Source: Eledone cirrhosa
Lineage: Eukaryota
Direction of reading: 5' to 3'
Assembly: GCA_964016885.1 (NCBI GenBank)
Contig: OZ024744.1
Span: forward strand, 81,716,001-81,780,000
Length of the DNA: 64,000 nt
A program made the translations under genes and the position numbers. Within the stretch, counting starts at the first letter, position 1. The number at the start of each line of letters is the position of its first letter. Shown here piece by piece: positions 54,159 to 64,000 of this stretch. The notes beneath the pieces are model-generated. The model was given only the letters and a program-made list of their open reading frames with translations, was not told where the DNA came from and ran no database searches.

Positions 54159-54694
54159 TAACAGTTTAAGCAAAGAATTGCTGCTTTCACCCTTAACGGG
54201 ATCTTCTGAAACTAAAAAAGTCAATCTGTGAACGCAGAAGTAAATATTTCAAAAAACGTTGCAACCGAAGGAAGACAGGAAGACGATACTTTGGTTCGTG
54301 GAAACGTTCCCTGGCAAAGAACGGGAAAAAACGAAGATAATACGTAATTATTTGGAGCGGTGAAAACAATTACACGCAAAGACAAAACCACGTAAATGGT
54401 ATAACTGAAGTCGTAGACTTAAATTCTATTTAGGAAACCGAATGATTCTCGGCTTCAGAGTTAAGAATAAAGTAAATAAAATACAGAGGTAATTGAAATT
54501 AAATATATACATACACGCATCCATATACGTACATACACAAACAAACGCGAAAACACTCGCCATGGATGTTCAAATACAAGCACTTACACAAAAAAACCCA
54601 CACGCACATACAGAACCCACGCAACGCCTCTACCCGCACACATACGAACGTATACACCAAATACACAATGCGTATATATGTATATGTATGTATG

Positions 54695-54743
<49 letters not shown>

Positions 54744-54931
54744 GAGGTATCCACTGTAAGTTGTGGGGTCTATTCTGTATAGTTTCTATTCTGTATAGTC
54801 TATCTGATAGTTTGTAAAGTTACATAGTTCAATAACTGAGTATAGATACAATGTATTATCACCATCTAGAAACGATCGTAAAGCAGTGAAGTATATCTCT
54901 AATGACTTGATTTTTTATTTAATTGTTTTAA

Positions 54932-55002
<71 letters not shown>

Positions 55003-55030
55003 GAATATAAAAGAGAGATAGCACACAGAT

Positions 55031-56057
55031 TTTCTATTCTATTCTATTTCTAGGGCGGGTAAAATTCCCGAGATCCATGGACGAGTTCTCTCCAGCGGTC
55101 TCTCTCCCTCATTATCGTTGTCATTTCCTGCGTCTCCAACAGACCAGTGTCTGTCCTTAGTGCATCAACATACGTTAACCTCGGTCTACCTCTTCCAGTG
55201 TGTCCATGCAGGGGCTCCCACAGGAACACTGAGTGCAATGTCAACTCTGGATGTCGGTGAGCATGTCCAGCTAACCTCAGTCTCCTCTGTGTCAGTTTTG
55301 AGTTGACTTTAGGGAGGCTCCCATACAGCTCTGAGTTTTTCATCCTCAGTGTATACTGATTAATGTTCAGAGCCATCCTTAGCATTTTCGTGTAGCACCC
55401 ATCCACCATCTGGTGAGTTTCTTGGTCAGTGTCCAAGTCTCAGACCCATACAGCAGCACAGACTCTACTACAACAATGAAGAGGCGGATTTTCAGGTCTT
55501 TACGAAGGTCCGACTTTCACACCGATCCCAAGCTGTGGCACGCCGCCCAGGTTTTGCTCTTCCTCTCAACCACATCATCTTCCGTATTCCCGATCTTTGC
55601 TCCCAAATACAGGAAGTCCTCAAACAATTCTAGCGGCTTCCCGCCTACATTAGTGATCCCCTCTGGCTTCTCAACATTCTCTACCAGATATTTTGTTTTA
55701 ATCTCATTCATTCTCAGCCCAACACTCATCGACACAAGAAGATAGTGGATATGATAACACTGCTCTACACCAACACCAAAGCCCAAGTCATTACAACTGA
55801 TGGGATGACAGAGTTCTTTGAGATACTGGCTGGAGTGCTCCAGGGAGATACATTGGCTCCCTACCTTTTTATCATCGTAGTGGACTATTGTATGCACCTT
55901 GCACTGGAGAAACACCAGGACTCTGGCTTTACTGTAGCATCGGCTCAGAGCAGGAGAGTTAAGGCGAAAAAGATATCCGATGCTGAATTTGCCGACGACA
56001 TAGTTTTGGTGATAAATACAGTGAAAGAGGCAGAGGATTTGATGCAGGAGGTTGAAA
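55031..56057. mobile_element. RTE/RTE-X-like LINE fragment with 5' inversion, (GAATA)n tail and 9-bp TSD, inserted into family B
   Basis: Minus strand 55050-~55735 reads VGLRMNE..YLGA..RLAGH..GRGRP. Plus strand 55745-56057 reads GVLQGDTLAPYLF..FADD..QEVE. TSD CACACAGAT at 55022-55030 and 56058-56066. Confidence 0.85.
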
Positions 56058-56150
56058 CACACAGATATATACATATATGTGTTCAAATCGCTAGAGTGAC
56101 TCAATTTAAAAGAATAAATTAAGAAAAGAAATACAAACCGAAACTGTCAA

Positions 56151-56228
56151 ACACCCAGACAGCTTTTGGTAGGCTGTTTCGCAATTTTAGCGAAGGGAAT
56201 TATCAATTCTTTGCTCACTAGTGGGTGT
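56151..56228 (-). ncRNA. Degenerate type I hammerhead (family B)
   Basis: Minus strand reads ACACCCA-CTAGTGA-GCAA...TTGC-GAAACAGC-ctaccaaaa-GCTGTC-TGGGTGT. The three stems are perfect but the core is mutated. Confidence 0.7.
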
Positions 56229-57181
56229 AAAATTAGTAAACCCTTCACATCTAAGTATCTCAGAAGACTGAATAGTGTGCGTATATAAAATAACGCATAT
56301 GGCATCAGAACCTAGCGTGTCTCATAAAGCGTATGCTACTAACAATAGCAGTTTACTCGACATTTAAATTAGCTCAACAAATTCAAGGGGCCGGAAAAAT
56401 TTCTTTCCTTGAGCTATTTAATTGTAAGAGAGTATTAATTCATTCTTTTAAATTGAGTCTGGAAAACCCTATTGTTCTTAGTATTTTTTTCACCCCAGCG
56501 AATCTGGTCCCTTACGATTTGAACACATATATGCATATATCTGTGTTTATCTCTCTTTTATATTCAATTATATTACACGACCCGGGAAAATTTCTTTCCT
56601 TGAGCTATTTAATTGTAAGAGAATATAGCTTTGGTATATATATATATCACTGGGAGTGAAGGAGCCTTAGCCGTTGTCAGGGTATTCTTCTAGGAGAAGA
56701 CAACTCAGGAAACTGGGATAACTCCGATATAAAACCTGCGGCTCAGTAGTTACCAATGATGTTGATCTTTTCTTCTTTTCAGGTTATAGCTACTGTCGCT
56801 CAGAGAGTGGGATTGGCTCAGTGCACAGTCTTTCCTCACTTTAAAAAATATCTTGTTGCACAGGCATTGCACGATGGAATTAATTAATAATTATTAATAA
56901 TGGTATATCATGCAATGGCCATACTCGATAATGAGGGGACAGCCATCATGTATGTATGTATGTATGTATGTGTATATGTATTTATGTATATATACATGTA
57001 TGTATGTATGTATGTATGTATGTATGTATGTATGTATGTATGTATGTTTGTATGTATGTATGTATGTATGTATGTATGTTTGTATGTATGTATGTATGTA
57101 TGTATGTATGTATGTTTGGTGATAAATACAGTGAAAGAGGCAGAGGATTTGATGCAGGAGGTTGAAACACACAGTATGTCA

Positions 57182-57785
57182 GGTCACCAGTTGGTGCTAC
57201 TGGTAACATGTATCCCAGTACAACCTGTCTCATGGTCGGGTCGTTGGCGACTAAACTGGCAACCCCACCAAGGTTTCTTGGTGAGGAGGGTGACTTTGGA
57301 CATCCTGCAGGACTAAAAACAAAACCTGTCAAAGGGCAAAGGAGCTCTTAAAAGTCAATGGCCATCCAAAATCACCGGGAGAGATGACCCCTTAGCCTTT
57401 GTCAAGGCAGAATTCTAGGAGAAGGAAAACTCTGATATAACACCTGCAACCCTGATGGTATCCAATGATGTTGACTTGTTCTTCTTTTTGGTAAATATCA
57501 TCTTGGTTAAGAGAGTGGGACTGGCTTTGTGCAGTGCCTTTGCTCACTATAAAAGCTTCACGGCACAGGCATTGCTTTGTATCTGGAGATCTCTCTGCAC
57601 TTGTCCTCACATGGTACCATGGGCCCAGCACTATGTGTCAATAATTGTCACAGGTGTAGTGTTTGTACCAGAGTTTTCAAGTCGCTGGCTGGACTAAAAA
57701 GTCACACTCGTTCAGCGCTTCGGTAGGGGTTCTCCTACATGGATATAAAGTAGTGGCCGTACTCGAAAACGAGTTGGCAGCCACC
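57182..57785 (+). mobile_element. About 600-bp bipartite non-autonomous RTE derivative
   Basis: Full unit GGTCACCAG...GGCAGCCACC followed by (ATGT)n. Confidence 0.8.
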
Positions 57786-57986
57786 ATATGTATGTATATG
57801 TATATATGTGTGTATATGTATATGTGTATGTATGTGTATGTATGTATATGTATGTGTGTATGTATATGTATGTGTATGTATGTATATATGTGTGTATATG
57901 TATGTATGTATATGTATATGTATATGTATGTATGTATATGTATGTATGTATGTATGTGTATATGTATGTATATATATATGTATATG

Positions 57987-58017
<31 letters not shown>

Positions 58018-58066
58018 GTATATGTATGTATATGTATATGTATGTATGTGTATGTGTATGTATGTG

Positions 58067-58098
<32 letters not shown>

Positions 58099-58233
58099 TA
58101 TATGTATGTATGTATATGTATATGTATGTGTGTATGTATGTATGTATATATGTATGTATGTATGTATATATGTATGTATGTGTATATGTATGTATGTGTA
58201 TATGTATGTATATGTATATGTATGTATATATGC

Positions 58234-59108
58234 TGCTTTGTGCAGTGCCTTTGCTCACTATAAAAGCTTCACAGCACAGGCATTGCTTTATATCTGGAGA
58301 TCTCTCTGCACTGGTCGTCACATGGTACCATGGGCCCAGCACTATGTGTCAATAATTGTCACAAGTGTAGTGTTTGTACCAGAGTTTTCAAGTCGCTGGC
58401 TGGACTAAAAAGTCACATTCGTTCAGCGCATTGGTAGGGGTTCTCCTACATGGATATAAAGTAGTGGCCGTACTCGAAAACGAGTTGGCAGCCACCATGT
58501 ATGTTTGTATGTATGTATATATACTACTGGTAACATGTATCCCAATACAACCTGTCTCATGGTCAGGTCGTTGGCGACTAAACTGGCAACCCCATCAAGG
58601 TTTCTTGGTGAGGAGGTTGACTTTGGACATCCTGCAGGACTAAAAACAAAACCTGTCAAAGGGCAAAGGAGCTCTTAAGAGTCAATGGCCATCCAAAATC
58701 ACTGGGAGAGATGACCCCTTAGCCTTTGTCAAGGCAGAATTCTAGGAGAAGGAAAACTCTGATATAACACCTGCAACTCTGATGGTATCCAATGATGTTG
58801 ACTTGTTCTTCTTTTTGGTAAATATCATCTTGGTTAAGAGAGTGGGACTGGCTTTGTGCAGTGCCTTTGCTCACTATAAAAGCTTCGCGGCACAGGCATT
58901 GCTTTATATCTGGAGATCTCTCTGCACTTGTCATCACATGGTACCATGGGCCCAGCACTGTGTCAATAATTGTCACAAGTGTAGTGTTTGTACCAGAGTT
59001 TTCAAGCCGCTGGCTGGACTAAAGTCACATTCGTTCAGCGCATCGGTAGGGGTTCTCCTACATGGATATAAAGTAGTGGCCGTACTCGAAAACGAGTTGG
59101 CAGCCATC
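58234..59108 (+). mobile_element. Two further copies (one 5'-truncated) of the bipartite RTE derivative
   Basis: 58234-58496 and 58525-59108, each followed by (ATGT)n. Confidence 0.8.
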
Positions 59109-59344
59109 ATGTATGTATGTATGTTTGTATGTATGTATGTATGTATGTATGTATGTATGTATGTATGTATGTATGTATGTATGTATGTATGTTTGTATGT
59201 ATGTTTGTATGTCTCCCCCCTATCTCTGTCTCTCTCTCCATATATATGTATATCAATCTATCTTTCTATCTGTCTGTCTACTGTCTATCTACCTAACCCT
59301 CTCTCTCTTTCACTCTCGGATACACACACAGGCGCGCACGCACG

Positions 59345-59464
<120 letters not shown>

Positions 59465-59945
59465 ATGCATAACACATTCATATTTATGGAACAGCCCAGT
59501 AAAAGACATCTGTAAATAAACGTATCTGCAATTGAGACAGGCATGTTAAATTTATCGATCCGCTTCAACCAGATAAGGAACACGATGATGGCTAAAGTGA
59601 TGAGTCAGCATCACGTGAGGCACACGTGAGTGGGATACATATAAGTCTGAAATAGCATCACCGGAAACAGCATAGTCCGACCCAGGTCATGCTTACTGGT
59701 TGGTAAAACGAGAATTCAGGTTTGATTATCAATACTATTTCTGCACGTTCAATAGATTGGTTTCATTGGAAGATGTTACAACACATTGCAGCTTTATATG
59801 AGTTATACAGCTTTATCGCTAGATATTTCCTTACGCGTGTATGCATGTGTGTATGTATGTATATGTGCGTCTGTCTCTCTGTCTGTATGTATGTATGCAT
59901 GTATGTACGTGTGTATGTATGCATGTTTGTATGTATGTATGTATG

Positions 59946-60400
59946 TTCTTCTGGTTTTATAATTTCACAAAGTTTTACCAATAGAGAGAGAGTCGGTTTC
60001 TAACATAGACACAAGACTCTCTCATTGGAATTTACACAACATCAACTAGGTAGATATGTATGTATGTCTGCATGCATGCATGTGTAGATATGGATATTAT
60101 TGTATGTGTGGATGTGTATGTTTTGAGTTGTATGTGTGCATCTGTATATGCTTTGTATCTCTACATGTGTATATGCAGTTATTAGATGCAAAATATTTGG
60201 AATGTTTTACATATTTTTACTGTTCCATTAATGGATTGTACTTGTAGTTTCCTAACTAGTTGTGTTCTTTCTGTTCCTGTGAAGCCTAGCTTCTCAAGAT
60301 TTGTATTGAGGCAGTTACTAACATATCCCAGTGCCCCAATAATCACAGGCATAAATCTGAAGATGTAATCAGGGTGGAGTATCTGCAGATTTCTCATCAG
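59946..60400 (-). mobile_element. R4-like element 3' fragment in (TATG)n
   Basis: MRNLQILHPDY..PVIIGALG. The 3' end reads AAACCAGAAGAA followed by (CATA)n. Confidence 0.8.
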
Positions 60401-60690
60401 TTGTATGTATGTATGTATGTATGTATGTATGTATGTATGTATGTATGTATGTATGTATGTATGTATGTATGTATGTATGTTTGTATGTATGTATGTATGT
60501 ATGTATATGTATATGTATATGTATGTATATATGTGTATGTATGTACGTGTGTGTGTATGTATGTATGTATTTATGTATGTATATGTATGTGTGTATGTAT
60601 TTGTGTGTGTGAATCTATGAATGTATATGTGTGTGTGTGTGTTTGTATGTATGTATGATTGTTTGTTTGTATGTATGTATGTCTATGTCA

Positions 60691-61292
60691 GGTCACCAGT
60701 TGGTGCTACTGATAATATGTATCCCACTACAACCTGCCTCATGGTCGGGTCTTTGGCGACTAAACTGGCAACCCCACCAAGGTTTCTTGGTGAGGATGGT
60801 GACTTTGGACATCCTGCAGGACTAAAAACAAAACCTGTCAAAGGGCAAAGGAGCTCTTAAGAGTCAATGGCCATCCGAAATCACCGGGAGAGATGACCCC
60901 TTAGACTTTGTCAAGGCAGAATTCTAGGAGAAGGAAAACTCTGATATAACACCTGCAACTCTGATGGTATCCAATGATGTTGACTTATTCTTCTTTTTGG
61001 TAAATATCATCTTGGTTAAGAGAGTGGGACTGGCTTTGTGCAGTGCCTTTGCTCACTATAAAAGCTTCACGGCACAGGCATTGCTTTATATCTGGAGATC
61101 TCTCTGCACTTGTCGTCACATGGTACCATGGGCCCAGCACTGTGTCAATAATTGTCACAAGTGTAGTGTTTGTACCAGAGTTTTCAAGTTGCTGGCTGGA
61201 CTAAAAAGTCACACTCGTTCAGCGCATCGGTAGGAGTTCTCCTACATGGATATAAAGTAGTGGCCGTACTCGAAAACGAGTTGGCAGCCACC
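60691..61292 (+). mobile_element. About 600-bp bipartite non-autonomous RTE derivative
   Basis: As 57182-57785. Confidence 0.8.
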
Positions 61293-61323
61293 ATGTATGT
61301 ATGTATGTATGTATATATGTATG

Positions 61324-62080
61324 TTCTTCTGGTTTTATAATTTCACAAAGTTTTACCAATAGAGAGAGAGTTGGTTTCTAACATAGACACAGGACTTTCT
61401 CACTGGAATTTACACATCAACTAAGTAGATATGAATATCTGCATGTAGGCATGTGTGTGCAGGTATGGATGTTATTGTATGTGTGGATGTGTATGTTTTG
61501 AGTTATATGTGTGCATGTGTATATGCTTTGTATCTGTACATGCATACATGGAGTTATTAAATGCGGAATTTTTGGAATATTTTACATATTTTTATTGTTC
61601 CATTAATGGATTGTACTTATAATTTCCTACTAGTTGCATTCTTTCTGTTTCTGTGAAACCCAACTTCTCAAGATTTGTATTGAGGCAATTACTAACATAT
61701 CCCAGTGCCCCAATAATCACAGGTATAAATCTGTAGGTATAGTCAGGGTGGAGTATCTGCAGATTTCTCATTAGTTCTGCATAAATATTCTCCTTTTCGC
61801 TAATCTTTGATATTATATTGGCATCTGCTGGGCAGCTAGCTTCCACTACTGTGCATGCCTTCTTTTCCCTGTCCCATATCATAATATCTGGTCTGTTATG
61901 CCTGCATTTTATAGGGATTTTTACTGGAACATTCCACCAACACTCTTTCATGTTATGTATATGTATGTCTTCCACATTGCTGTAGCTTTTAATGTATTAT
62001 TGTCGGGGCTAACTTTTTTACGGATTGAATTGTACAGTGTTTTGACCACTACATCATAGGTAAGATAGTGCGCAACTCCA
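61324..62080 (-). mobile_element. R4-like element 3' fragment (RLE domain), tail-to-tail with the RTE derivative
   Basis: HNRPDIMIWD..VEASCP..KENIYAELM..IPVIIGALG. Same 3' end as 48930 and 59946. Confidence 0.82.
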
Positions 62081-62479
62081 AGAGAAATGCAATTTATGAT
62101 TTCGGTTTCTTTTGCAGCTAAAACTAAATAAGTTTTGTTTACCTTTCTCATTGCTTTTCTTCAGTAAATTGTTCTCATTGCTTTTGTTCGGTAAGTTGTT
62201 ATTGTTGACGTTGTGCCTATCAGTGCTATTTGTAGCAAATCCTTGTAACATGAATTATGTATTTAGTCGGATATCTCTACGAATTCGAATAAAAGGTGTC
62301 TTCAGTGGATATAGTTAGAAGAATAGCCAGTTATTCAACATGACTGGTAGTTGTGGCATTCGCATTGACTGTCCATGTATGTCTATATGTATGTCTATAT
62401 GTATGTCTATATATATGTCTCTCTGTCCGTCTGTCAGTCTGTATGTATGTATATATTTCTTCTTGGTAGTTGTATTAGA

Positions 62480-62680
62480 AGCATTAGTAGCAACAGCAGC
62501 AGCATCTGCAGTAGTAGTAGTAGTGGTAGTAGTAGCAGCAGCAGCAGTAGCAGCAGCAGTAACAGCAGCAGAAGCAGTAGCAGCAGTAGCAGTAGTAGTA
62601 GTAGTAGTAGTAGTACTAGTAGTAGTAGTAGTAGTAGTAGTAAGAGTAGGGGTATTAGTAGCAGCAGTAATAACAGCATC
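62480..62680. repeat. (TAG/CAG)n trinucleotide microsatellite
   Basis: Direct reading of the sequence. Confidence 0.9.
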
Positions 62681-63269
62681 TCTTGTAATTGACCCTAGTA
62701 ATTGGAGAATACTATCCAAGGTAAATGTAGAGTTATGGGTAACGCGTCGGAAGTATTACGAACAGTGACATCACATGAGCGGAAGTGGACAAACAGAGGG
62801 CCTCACTGGAAGTAAGCTGAGCAGTGACGTCACGTGAATAGAAGTGAACAAGTATGTAACGTCTTTCGTAGCTGGTTTATCGTAGCATATGGAAGGGTCT
62901 TAATAAGTTTCTCTCAGGCGACATGAGAATTTCTGATCAGATTCTGGGTAGATAGCGTTCTTGGATTTATGACACAGGATAAGAGCGACATTTAGGGCAT
63001 GACTGGGCAAGATAAACGAATTTAAGATTCCAATTTGACAGTAAAATTGACTGAGGTAGGGTTTGAACTCAGAACCCCCAAGGGACATTATTAAGTAACC
63101 GTAAGACATTTTGTCTGATACTCTGCCAACCAACCGAATATTAATAGCGAAATGGATGGAACTAAAGATCTTTGTTTATAGCCATATTTTTCGCCAACTG
63201 AACATATAATGGTATTCTGACTAATTTACATTGTAAGTATTGAATATCCAGTTGACTAGACTTCAAGTT

Positions 63270-63401
63270 GCAGTAGAAGCATTAGTAGTAGTAGTAGTAG
63301 TGGTGGTGGTGGTGGTAGTAGTAGTGGTAGTAGTAGTAGTAGTAGTAGTGGTAGTAGTAGTAGTGGTGGTAGTAGTAGTGGTGGTAGTAGTAGTAGTAGT
63401 G

Positions 63402-63439
<38 letters not shown>

Positions 63440-63477
63440 GGTAGTAGAAGCATTAGTAGTAGTAGTAGTAGTAGTAA

Positions 63478-63512
<35 letters not shown>

Positions 63513-63708
63513 GTAGTAGTAGTGGTGGTGGTGGTGGTAGTAGTAGTAGTGGTAGTAGTAGTAGTAGTAGTGGTAGTAGTAGTAGTGGTGGTAGTAGTAG
63601 TGGTGGTAGTAGTAGTAGTAGTAGTAGTGGTAGTAGTAGTAGTAGTAGTGGTGGTAGTAGTAGTGGTAGTAGAAGCATTAGTAGTAGTAGTAGTAGTAGT
63701 AGTAGTAA

Positions 63709-63749
<41 letters not shown>

Positions 63750-63938
63750 GTGGTGGTGGTGGTAGTAGTAGTAGTGGTAGTAGTAGTAGTAGTAGTGGTA
63801 GTAGTAGTGGTAGTAGTAGTGGTGGTAGTAGTAGTGGTAGTAGTAGTAGTAGCAGTAGTAGTAGTGGTAGTAGTAGTAGTAGTAATAGTGGTAGTAGAAG
63901 CATTAGTAGGAGTAGAGGTAGTAGTAGTAGTAGCATTA

Positions 63939-64000
<62 letters not shown>
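63270..64000. repeat. (TAG/TGG)n trinucleotide array with higher-order repeat, ending in (TAT)n
   Basis: The marker AGAAGCATTAG recurs at about 63276, 63447, 63671 and 63897. Confidence 0.9.

Noticed and set aside
63256-63936. 226-aa Leu/Pro-rich ORF
   Set aside because: It is a translation of the (TAG/TGG)n array.

Overview
AT-rich, microsatellite-saturated eukaryotic DNA with no confidently recognisable host protein-coding gene. The SINE families and repeat landscape resemble an octopod cephalopod, which is an inference. Nearly all non-microsatellite sequence is transposon-derived: Tx1/L1-clade, RTE, R4/Dong-like, CRE-like and Penelope-like (PLE) retroelements, tRNA-derived SINEs, an internally deleted Helitron and a MITE. 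The main unannotated signal, found by hand-folding, is a dense population of type I hammerhead ribozyme (HHR) motifs. There are over 20 loci in about 14 unrelated short non-coding families, and most lie 50-130 nt upstream of a 3' end that abuts (TA)n. The best example is a near-identical 592-bp tandem trimer (26135-27818). Each unit carries a U3-A8 variant HHR with a palindromic stem III, and the 5' inversion geometry suggests reverse transcription of a circular or concatemeric retrozyme-like RNA. A second theme is microsatellite partitioning: PLE/HHR families at (TA)n, Tx1 at (ATCT)n, and RTE tails paired with R4 elements at (TATG/CATA)n. Two RTE insertions show twin-priming 5' inversions. 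All structures and alignments were read by eye; no computation or database search was run.
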